Of a DNA stretch of 42,366 nt, positions 26,418-34,098 are shown in pieces; the first letter of the stretch is position 1; each line of letters opens with the position of its first letter. Where the stretch lies: contig JAVXKN010000001.1 of NCBI GenBank assembly GCA_036647315.1, forward strand, positions 1 to 42,366, read 5' to 3'. The notes below the pieces were generated by a model. It had not been told where the DNA came from. It did not search any database and saw nothing but the letters and a program-made list of their open reading frames with translations. A program made the translations under genes and the position numbers. This stretch comes from Oscillospiraceae bacterium (GTDB taxonomy: Bacteria; Bacillota; Clostridia; Oscillospirales; Oscillospiraceae).

Positions 26418-28943
26418 ATGAAACGGTATGAAACGGAAGAACTGCCGAAGAGCGGGCGCATTACAAAGCTGGTAGAAGACCTCTATGCCAAAATGCCGGA
26501 AATTGAATCGGCACGGGCAATGCTGATTACCGAGTCTTATAAGGCCACGGAGGAGGAACCTATGGTACTCCGCCGCGCAAAAGCCTTTTCTCATATTCTA
26601 AAGCATATCCCCATCATCATCCGTGAGGGTGAACTGATTGTGGGCAGCAGTACCTTGGCACCCCGAGGCTGTCAGACCTTCCCGGAGTTCTCCTACCAGT
26701 GGCTGGAGAAAGAATTTGACACCGTAGCCACCCGCAGTGCCGACCCCTTCTATATCGCGGAAAAGACCAAGACAGAGCTCCGTGAGGCCAATCGGTACTG
26801 GAAAGGGAAGACCACCAGCGAGCTTGCCACCTCCTACATGGCACCGGAGGCCTTGAAGGCCATTGATTACAATGTCTTCACCCCCGGCAACTATTTTTAC
26901 AACGGCATCGGCCACATCAGTGTCCAATACAAAAAAGTGCTGCAAATCGGCTATGAGGGCATCCTCAAAGAGGCGGAGGAGCGGCTTGCAAACTGCCATG
27001 TGGGCGATAGTGACTACGCCAAACGCTCCCGGTTCCTCCAGTCGGTTACGATCAGCTGCAAGGCGGCTATGGACTATGCCCAGCGTTACGCCGCCCTTGC
27101 AGACCAGATGGCGGGTACCTGCACAGACGCTACCCGTCGGGCAGAGTTGCAGCAGATTGCCGCCAACTGCCGCAATGTCCCCGCCAAGGGAGCCAAAACC
27201 TTTTACGAGGCCTGCCAGAGCTTCTGGTTTGTCCAGCAGCTGATTCAGATAGAATCCAGCGGTCACTCCATTTCCCCCGGTCGGTTCGACCAGTACATGT
27301 ACCCCTATTATGAAAAAGACATCGCAGACGGCCGCATCACCCGCAACTTTGCCCAGGAACTGTTGGACTGTGTCTGGGTTAAACTCAACGACCTAAACAA
27401 GTGTCGGGACGCGTTGAGTGCCGAGGGCTTTGCCGGGTACAGCCTGTTCCAAAACCTCATTGTGGGCGGACAAAATCAGGACGGGGTAGACGCTACCAAC
27501 GACCTGTCCTTCATGTGTATTGCCGCCTCAAAGCATGTGTTTTTACCCATGCCCTCCCTCTCCATTCGGGTGTGGAACGGCTCCCCCCATGAACTGCTGA
27601 TCCGTGCCGCAGACCTGACGAGAACGGGCATTGGTCTGCCCGCCTATTATAATGACGAGATTATCATTCCCAGCATGATGAACCGGGGCATCCCTTTAGA
27701 GGAGGCGCGGGACTACTGCATCATCGGCTGCGTAGAACCCCAGGTGGGCGGCAGGACGGACGGCTGGCACGATGCCGCGTTCTTCAATATGTGCCGGCCC
27801 ATGGAACTGGTCTTCTCCAACGGCAAGTCACAAGGGGAGCAGATGAGCATCCAAACCGGCGAGGTGGAGGATTTCCACAGCTTTGATGCCTTCTACGACG
27901 CATACAAAAAGCAGATGAGTTATCAGATTTCTCTGCTGGTCAACGCGGATAACGCCATCGACGTGGCCCACAGCGAGCGGTGCCCACTGCCGTTTTTGGC
28001 CTGCATGGTGGGCGACTGCATGGAGAAGGGCAAAACCGTCCAAGAGGGCGGCGCGGCCTACAACTTCACCGGCCCCCAGGGCTTTGGCATCGCCAATATG
28101 GCGGACGCGCTCTACGCCATTAAAACTCTGGTCTTTGAGCAGCATAAATTCACCTTGAGTGACCTAAAAAAAGCCTTGGACTGGAACTTTGGCAAGGGCT
28201 TCGACGCCATCTCCGCCGCCCAGATGGCAGGCACGGTGATTCGGGAGCTTACCAATGGCGGCCAGCATGTGAGCGAGGACGATATCGCCCGCATTATCCG
28301 CGATATTTTGGAGGTAAAGCCCTCACCGCAGGACCAGACACTGTGTGAAAACATTTGGAATCTCATTGAGCAGGCCCCCAAGTTTGGCAACGACCTGCCT
28401 GAGGTGGACGCCATGGCCCGGGATGTGGCCTACACATACACCAGACCCATGGAGACTTACCGCAACCCCAGAGGCGGTCAGTACCAAGCGGGGCTGTACC
28501 CCGTCTCCGCCAATGTGCCTCTGGGAGCCCAGACCGGTGCTACCCCGGACGGCAGACTGGCCCATATGCCGGTGGCAGACGGCGTTTCCCCCTCCGCGGG
28601 TCGGGACGTGAACGGCCCCACGGCGGCCTGCAACTCCGTTGCAAAGCTGGACCACGGCATCGCCTCCAACGGTACCCTCTTTAACCAGAAATTCCACCCC
28701 TCCGCCCTCAGCGGAAGTCAGGGGCTGGAGAACTTTGTGGCTCTCATCCGCGCCTTCTTCGACCAGAAGGGGATGCACATGCAGTTCAACGTGGTCAGCC
28801 GTGAAACGCTGCTGGACGCGCAGAAAAAGCCCGAGGAATATAAACACCTGGTGGTGCGTGTGGCAGGTTACAGTGCCCTCTTTACCACCCTCTCCCGCTC
28901 GCTGCAGGATGACATCATCCGCCGCACCGAGCAGGGACTGTAA
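26418..28943 (+). CDS. Glycyl radical enzyme of the PFL-like dehydratase type; B12-independent 1,2-propanediol dehydratase by context
   Basis: 841 aa from the ATG at 26418 (GGAGAA RBS). Glycyl radical loop VRVAGYSALF near the C-terminus (RVAGYS = 28857-28874) and Cys loop IIGCVEPQ. It is followed directly by an activase and BMC genes. Confidence 0.85.
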   Translation: MKRYETEELPKSGRITKLVEDLYAKMPEIESARAMLITESYKATEEEPMVLRRAKAFSHILKHIPIIIREGELIVGSSTLAPRGCQTFPEFSYQWLEKEFDTVATRSADPFYIAEKTKTELREANRYWKGKTTSELATSYMAPEALKAIDYNVFTPGNYFYNGIGHISVQYKKVLQIGYEGILKEAEERLANCHVGDSDYAKRSRFLQSVTISCKAAMDYAQRYAALADQMAGTCTDATRRAELQQIAANCRNVPAKGAKTFYEACQSFWFVQQLIQIESSGHSISPGRFDQYMYPYYEKDIADGRITRNFAQELLDCVWVKLNDLNKCRDALSAEGFAGYSLFQNLIVGGQNQDGVDATNDLSFMCIAASKHVFLPMPSLSIRVWNGSPHELLIRAADLTRTGIGLPAYYNDEIIIPSMMNRGIPLEEARDYCIIGCVEPQVGGRTDGWHDAAFFNMCRPMELVFSNGKSQGEQMSIQTGEVEDFHSFDAFYDAYKKQMSYQISLLVNADNAIDVAHSERCPLPFLACMVGDCMEKGKTVQEGGAAYNFTGPQGFGIANMADALYAIKTLVFEQHKFTLSDLKKALDWNFGKGFDAISAAQMAGTVIRELTNGGQHVSEDDIARIIRDILEVKPSPQDQTLCENIWNLIEQAPKFGNDLPEVDAMARDVAYTYTRPMETYRNPRGGQYQAGLYPVSANVPLGAQTGATPDGRLAHMPVADGVSPSAGRDVNGPTAACNSVAKLDHGIASNGTLFNQKFHPSALSGSQGLENFVALIRAFFDQKGMHMQFNVVSRETLLDAQKKPEEYKHLVVRVAGYSALFTTLSRSLQDDIIRRTEQGL

Positions 28944-28955
28944 CGGGTGGTGCCT

Positions 28956-29747
28956 ATGGATTATCTGAATACGCCGGGGCGTATCTTCAACATCCAGCGT
29001 TACTCCATCCACGACGGCACCGGCATCCGCACCATCGTCTTTCTCAAGGGATGCGTCCTGCGGTGCAAGTGGTGCTGTAACCCGGAGAGTCAGAGATACG
29101 AGATAGAAACCCGCATGATAGACGGACACCCCGTCACCGTGGGGGAGGATGTCACCGTGGGCCAGGTGATGGAAACGGTGGAGAAGGACCGGGCTTATTA
29201 CCACCGCAGTGGCGGCGGCCTCACCCTTTCAGGCGGCGAAAGCCTTTGCCAGCCCGCCTTCGCCCGCGATTTGCTCCGTGCCGCCAAGGAGATTGGTATC
29301 AACACCTCCATGGAGAGCATGGGTTGCGCAAAGTGGCAGGTTATCGACGAAATTCTCCCCTATTTAGACCTATATCTGATGGATATTAAGCACATGGACA
29401 GCGCAAAGCACCAGAAGTTTACGGGTATGCCCAACGAACTCATGCTGGAAAACGCCCGCAAAATTGCGGCTGACGGACGGACTAAACTCATCATTCGGGT
29501 GCCGGTGGTGCCCACCTTCAACGATACTCCGGCGGAAATTTCCGCCATCGCAAGCTTTGCCAAAACCCTACCCGGTGTGACGCAGCTTCATCTGCTGCCC
29601 TACCACCGATTGGGTCAGGATAAATATCAGCAGCTGGGCAGGCAGTACGAACTTTTGGAACTGCGCCCGCCGGAGCTGGCGCAAATGGCGCAGCTGAAAC
29701 AGGCGGCAGAGCAGGCCTCAGGCCTTATCTGCCAGATAGGGGGTTAA
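28956..29747 (+). CDS. Glycyl-radical enzyme activating protein (radical SAM), short form
   Basis: Radical SAM motif C-VLR-C-KW-C (GCVLRCKWCCNPE), an N-terminal IHDGTGIRT motif and the C-terminus LLPYHRLGQDKY. 263 aa with no ferredoxin-like Cys-rich insert. Confidence 0.9.
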   Translation: MDYLNTPGRIFNIQRYSIHDGTGIRTIVFLKGCVLRCKWCCNPESQRYEIETRMIDGHPVTVGEDVTVGQVMETVEKDRAYYHRSGGGLTLSGGESLCQPAFARDLLRAAKEIGINTSMESMGCAKWQVIDEILPYLDLYLMDIKHMDSAKHQKFTGMPNELMLENARKIAADGRTKLIIRVPVVPTFNDTPAEISAIASFAKTLPGVTQLHLLPYHRLGQDKYQQLGRQYELLELRPPELAQMAQLKQAAEQASGLICQIGG

Positions 29748-29750
29748 ACC

Positions 29751-30113
29751 ATGGGGGAAGAGACCAAGCAGAGAATTGTACAGGAACTGGTACCCGGCCG
29801 ACAGATTACCCTGGCCCACGTCATCGCTAACCCCGACGAATTACTGCTGACGCACATGGGCCTTACCGGGGAAAGCGCGGCGGGGAAGTCCGCCATTGGG
29901 GTGCTCACCGTCACCCCCGCCGAAACCGCCATCATTTTGGGAGACATCGCCATCAAGGCCTCCGGTGCCCATCTGGGGCATTTGGACTGCTATGAAAACG
30001 GCTCCCTGGTGATTACCGGCACGGTGTCTGAGGTCCAGGCCTCGGTCCAGGCCATGCTCCGTTATGCCGCCGATACCCTCCAATATGAGGTCTGCGGCAT
30101 CACGGCCACTTAA
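29751..30113 (+). CDS. pduU: Circularly permuted BMC-H shell protein (PduU/EutS type)
   Basis: RIVQELVPGRQITLAHVIANPDELL N-terminal strand region and a permuted BMC fold (IGVLTVTPAETAIILGDIAIKASG). 120 aa. Confidence 0.85.
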   Translation: MGEETKQRIVQELVPGRQITLAHVIANPDELLLTHMGLTGESAAGKSAIGVLTVTPAETAIILGDIAIKASGAHLGHLDCYENGSLVITGTVSEVQASVQAMLRYAADTLQYEVCGITAT

Positions 30114-30169
30114 AAGCACATAATCCCACAAGATAAAACAGAAAACAATGGAAAAACATGAATTAGATG

Positions 30170-30198
30170 TTGACTTTTGTGGATTTATGGGATACAAT
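30170..30198 (+). promoter_or_regulatory. Internal sigma-A type promoter upstream of the aldolase gene (TTGACT-17 nt-TACAAT)
   Basis: TTGACT at 30170-30175 and TACAAT at 30193-30198, with a 17-nt spacer. It lies in the only long AT-rich gap (144 nt) within the first part of the operon. I saw no hairpin between pduU and this site. Confidence 0.5.
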
Positions 30199-30257
30199 AG
30201 GGCAAGAAACAACAGGATTACACAAAATTTTTACGGATTGATTAGGAGGTTCTCAAC

Positions 30258-31082
30258 ATGGTCAACGAGTTTGAACTCAAAAAGCAAATCTGCGATATCG
30301 GCAAGCGTATCTATGATAGAAACATGGTGGCGGCAAACGACGGTAATATTTCCGTCAAGCTCAGCGATACAGAATTCCTCTGCACACCTACCGGGGTGTC
30401 TAAGGGCTTTATGACACCTGAGTACATCTGCAAGGTGGATGAAAAGGGCAACGTGATTCAGGCCAACAAGGGCTTTAAGCCCTCCTCTGAAATTAAGATG
30501 CATATGCGCATCTACGAGAAGCGTCCCGACGTAGGCGCGGTTGTCCACGCACACCCCACCTTCGCCACCAGCTTCGCCATTGCGGGCATCCCTCTGACTC
30601 AGCCCATTATGCCGGAGGCCGTTATCGCTCTGGGCTGCGTGCCCATCGCCGAGTACGGCACACCCTCCACCGTGGAGATTCCCGACAATATTGAAAAGTA
30701 CCTGCCCTACTACGACGCTGTCCTTCTGGAGAGCCACGGCGCGCTGACTTGGAGCACCGACCTGCTGGCCGCGTACCACAAGATGGAGTCCGTCGAGTTC
30801 TACGCCGAGCTGCTGTATAAGTCCAAGATGCTGGGCGGTCCCAAGGAGTTTGACAAGGCCACGGTTGAGAAGCTGTACGAAATTCGTCGCAAGATGGGTC
30901 TCGCCGGCAAGCATCCCGCAGACCTGTGCCAGAATAAGAGCGGTGTAAACTGCCACAACTGTAATGGTAGCTGCGGCTCTAAGCAGAACGGCACCGGTGC
31001 CGTCACCTCCAACCCCGCCCAGCCTGCCCCGGAGCTGGTTGCGGAAATCACCAAGAAAGTGCTGGCTCAGTTGGGCCTGTAA
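30258..31082 (+). CDS. fucA: Class II aldolase (L-fuculose/rhamnulose-1-phosphate aldolase) with a C-terminal Cys-rich linker and encapsulation peptide
   Basis: The core (~215 aa) has NDGNIS, HAHPTFATSF and ESHGALTW motifs of the class II aldolase family. An extra ~60-aa tail ends in the amphipathic helix PELVAEITKKVLAQLGL. Confidence 0.85.
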   Translation: MVNEFELKKQICDIGKRIYDRNMVAANDGNISVKLSDTEFLCTPTGVSKGFMTPEYICKVDEKGNVIQANKGFKPSSEIKMHMRIYEKRPDVGAVVHAHPTFATSFAIAGIPLTQPIMPEAVIALGCVPIAEYGTPSTVEIPDNIEKYLPYYDAVLLESHGALTWSTDLLAAYHKMESVEFYAELLYKSKMLGGPKEFDKATVEKLYEIRRKMGLAGKHPADLCQNKSGVNCHNCNGSCGSKQNGTGAVTSNPAQPAPELVAEITKKVLAQLGL

Positions 31083-31096
31083 GGAGTGTTTGGCTA

Positions 31097-32497
31097 ATGG
31101 CAATGGATAACACTTTGGTGCAGGACATTGTCCGTCAGGTTGTTCATCAGCTTGAGGGGTCAAACGGGTCAGAAGTCCCCGCCACACGTCAGCACGGCGT
31201 GTTTGGCAATATGAACGAAGCGGTTGCCGCCGCCAAGCAAGCAGAAGCGGTGGTGCGGCATATGTCCATGGAGCAGCGGGAGAGAATCGTTGCAAACCTG
31301 CGCCGTAAGGTGCGTGAAAATGCCGAAAAACTGGCCCGTATGGGTGTAGAAGAGACCGGCATGGGTAACGTACCTCATAAAATCTTAAAGCATCAACTGG
31401 TGGCGGAGAAAACCCCCGGTACGGAGGATATCATCACCACCGCATGGTCAGGGGACAAGGGCCTCACCCTCATCGAGATGGGCCCCTTCGGTGTCATCGG
31501 TGCCATCACCCCCTGCACCAACCCCAGCGAGACCATTTTATGTAACGCGATGGGCATGATTGCTGCGGGCAACACCGTGGTGTTCTGTCCCCATCCCGCG
31601 GCAGTGAAAACCTCCCTCTATGCCATCCAGCTGGTCAACGAGGCCTCCTTAGAGGCGGGCGGGCCGGACAATGTGGCGGTGAGCATCGCAAACCCCACCA
31701 TGGAGGCCAGTGCCGAAATGATGAAGCACAAGGACATTCCGCTGGTGGTAGCCACAGGCGGCCCCGGTGTCGTCACCGCCGTCCTCTCCTCGGGAAAGCG
31801 TGGCATCGGCGCGGGCGCGGGCAATCCCCCCGCACTGGTGGACGAGACAGCAGACCTGCGCAAGGCCGCCAAGGATATCGTAGACGGCTGCACCTTCGAT
31901 AATAACCTCCCCTGCATCGCAGAAAAGGAAATCGTAGCGGTGGCTGAGGTTGTTGACGAGCTGATGTATTACATGGAGCGTGAGCAGGGCTGTTTCGTGG
32001 TGGATGAGCAGCAGCAAAAGCAGCTGATCGACCTGGTACTGCCCAAGGGCAGCCTCAACCGCAAGTGCGTAGGTCGGGATGCCAAAACCCTTTTGGGCAT
32101 GATTGGTGTCACCCCGCCGGAGGGCACCCGCTGCATCACCTTCAAAGGTCCCAAGGAACATCCCCTCATTGCGGAGGAGCTGATGATGCCCATTCTGGGC
32201 GTAGTCACCGCCGCAAACTTCGAGGATGCCGTAGAGCAAGCGGTGTGGCTGGAGCATGGCAATCGCCATTCCGCCCACATCCATTCCAAGAACATCGACC
32301 ATCTGACTACCTACGCAAAAGCCATTGATACCGCCATTTTAGTGAAGAACGCGCCCTCCTATGCGGCGTTGGGCTTCGGCGGTGAGGGCTATTGCACCTT
32401 TACCATTGCAAGCCGCACAGGCGAGGGCCTCACCAGTGCCGCAGCGTTCACAAAACGCCGCCGCTGCGTAATGTCTGAGAGTCTGTGTGTGCGATAA
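31097..32497 (+). CDS. pduP: CoA-acylating (propion)aldehyde dehydrogenase with an N-terminal encapsulation peptide
   Basis: The ALDH fold has a catalytic region NNLPCIAEKE, typical of the EutE/PduP family. The N-terminal amphipathic helix LVQDIVRQVVHQL is followed by a Gly/Ser linker. Confidence 0.85.
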   Translation: MAMDNTLVQDIVRQVVHQLEGSNGSEVPATRQHGVFGNMNEAVAAAKQAEAVVRHMSMEQRERIVANLRRKVRENAEKLARMGVEETGMGNVPHKILKHQLVAEKTPGTEDIITTAWSGDKGLTLIEMGPFGVIGAITPCTNPSETILCNAMGMIAAGNTVVFCPHPAAVKTSLYAIQLVNEASLEAGGPDNVAVSIANPTMEASAEMMKHKDIPLVVATGGPGVVTAVLSSGKRGIGAGAGNPPALVDETADLRKAAKDIVDGCTFDNNLPCIAEKEIVAVAEVVDELMYYMEREQGCFVVDEQQQKQLIDLVLPKGSLNRKCVGRDAKTLLGMIGVTPPEGTRCITFKGPKEHPLIAEELMMPILGVVTAANFEDAVEQAVWLEHGNRHSAHIHSKNIDHLTTYAKAIDTAILVKNAPSYAALGFGGEGYCTFTIASRTGEGLTSAAAFTKRRRCVMSESLCVR

Positions 32498-32509
32498 GGA
32501 GTGAAACGT

Positions 32510-33703
32510 ATGGACAAAAATTCGGTTGACATCGAACAGCTTGTTCGCAAGGTTCTGTGCGACATGTCCGGCCAAGGTGCCCCGTCTGCCGCAGGCCCCA
32601 TCCCCAAGACCGGCCGGGTAGCCATGCTCACAAAGCCCGAACATTTCGACATTCAAGAGTATCCTATCCCCGAGGTGGGGGACGACGATATCCTGGTGAA
32701 GGTGGAGGGCTGCGGTGTCTGCGGAACCGATGCCCACGAGTTTAAGCGTGACCCCTTCAACCTCATTCCCATCGTCCTAGGCCACGAGGGCACCGGCGAA
32801 ATTGTCAAGATGGGCAAAAATGTCCAAAAGGACAGTGCCGGCAAGGATTTGCATCTGGGCGACAAGGTTGTCTCCTGCATGATTTTCAGCGATAACCCCG
32901 ATATCACCATGTACGACATGAACAAGCAGAACGTGGGCGGCGCGGATGTATACGGCCTCCTGCCCGACGATGAGGTTCACCTCAACGGCTGGTTCTCCGA
33001 CTACATCTTCATCCGCAAGGGTTCCACCATTTTTAACGTCAGTGAGTTGGATCTGAATTCTCGGGTACTCATCGAGCCCTGCGCGGTGCTCATCCACGCG
33101 GTGGAGCGTGCCAAGTCCACCGACATCCTGCGGTTTAACAGCCGCGTGGTGGTTCAGGGTTGCGGCCCCATCGGCCTCATCTGCATCGCCATTCTCCGCA
33201 CCATGGGCATCACCAACATTACCGCTGTGGACGGCGAAGCCGGCCGGTTGGAATTTGCCAAGACCATGGGTGCCACCGAGACAGTGAACTTCAAGGACCA
33301 TAAGGGCATTGAGGCACTTGCCAAGGCGGTAGAGGCAAGCTTCGGCGGACATCTGGCGGACTTCGGTTTCCAGTGCACCGGGTCTCCCGCAGGCCACGCC
33401 AACATCTATAAATTCCTGCGCAATGGCGGCGGTCTCTGCGAGCTGGGCTTCTTCATCAACGGCGGCGACGCCACCATTAACCCCCATCTGGATATCTGCG
33501 CCAAGGAGCTAACCATCGTGGGCAGCTGGGTCTACACCCTGCGGGACTACGCCACCACCTTTGAGTTCCTCAAGAGTGCCAAGCGCATCGGCCTACCCAT
33601 GGAAAAGCTGATTACGCACACCTTCCCCCTGGAGCAGATTAACGAGGCACTGCAGACAAACCTTGCAATGACAGGCCTCAAAATCGCCATCATGAACAAG
33701 TAA
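32510..33703 (+). CDS. Zinc-type (MDR superfamily) alcohol dehydrogenase with an N-terminal encapsulation-peptide-like extension
   Basis: GCGVCGTDAHEF and GHEGTGEIV zinc-ADH motifs and a GCGPIG Rossmann motif. The ATG at 32510 lies 8 nt after an AAGGAG RBS. The first ~35 aa (SVDIEQLVRKVLCDM plus a Gly/Pro/Ala linker) precede the catalytic domain. Confidence 0.8.
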   Translation: MDKNSVDIEQLVRKVLCDMSGQGAPSAAGPIPKTGRVAMLTKPEHFDIQEYPIPEVGDDDILVKVEGCGVCGTDAHEFKRDPFNLIPIVLGHEGTGEIVKMGKNVQKDSAGKDLHLGDKVVSCMIFSDNPDITMYDMNKQNVGGADVYGLLPDDEVHLNGWFSDYIFIRKGSTIFNVSELDLNSRVLIEPCAVLIHAVERAKSTDILRFNSRVVVQGCGPIGLICIAILRTMGITNITAVDGEAGRLEFAKTMGATETVNFKDHKGIEALAKAVEASFGGHLADFGFQCTGSPAGHANIYKFLRNGGGLCELGFFINGGDATINPHLDICAKELTIVGSWVYTLRDYATTFEFLKSAKRIGLPMEKLITHTFPLEQINEALQTNLAMTGLKIAIMNK

Positions 33704-33731
33704 GTGCCAACACGGAGAGGAGCTGAGAGAC

Positions 33732-34046
33732 ATGAATGAGGCAGTGGGTATTCTAGAGGTATATGGCCTCGTCTGTGCCTTCATGGCGGCGGATGCAGGG
33801 TGCAAGGCCGCAAACGTGCGGCTGGAAAACTTCGATAAGAACAAGCCCGCAAATGCCGATTCTCTGCCGGTGCCCCTTCTGGTTACGGTGAAGTTTCGGG
33901 GCACTGTGGCCGATGTAGAGGCCGCAATGGCAGCCGCGGAGGCGGTGGCTACCGCCACAACAGGCATTGTCCAGCAGTACATTATTCCCCGTCCCACGGC
34001 GGACACCGAAAAAATGCTGAAATTGAGCGCGTTTGACAAGAGCTGA
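33732..34046 (+). CDS. BMC-H shell protein, divergent paralog with an enlarged pore loop
   Basis: BMC domain ([29 protein letters not shown] ... YIIPRP) with the edge Lys retained. The canonical K-I-G-S-G pore loop is replaced by [14 protein letters not shown]. Confidence 0.85.
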   Translation: MNEAVGILEVYGLVCAFMAADAGCKAANVRLENFDKNKPANADSLPVPLLVTVKFRGTVADVEAAMAAAEAVATATTGIVQQYIIPRPTADTEKMLKLSAFDKS

Positions 34047-34098
34047 ACCGTCGGCGGTCATTCAGAATACAAAATCAAAAATATTGGAGGATAAACAT

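Noticed and set aside
29670-29747. C-terminal helix of the activase (PELAQMAQLKQAAEQASGLICQIGG) as a possible encapsulation peptide
   Set aside because: This segment corresponds to the normal conserved C-terminal region of GRE activases, which end with a similar helix followed by G-hydrophobic-x-hydrophobic-G. There is no linker and no extra length relative to PFL-AE-like proteins.
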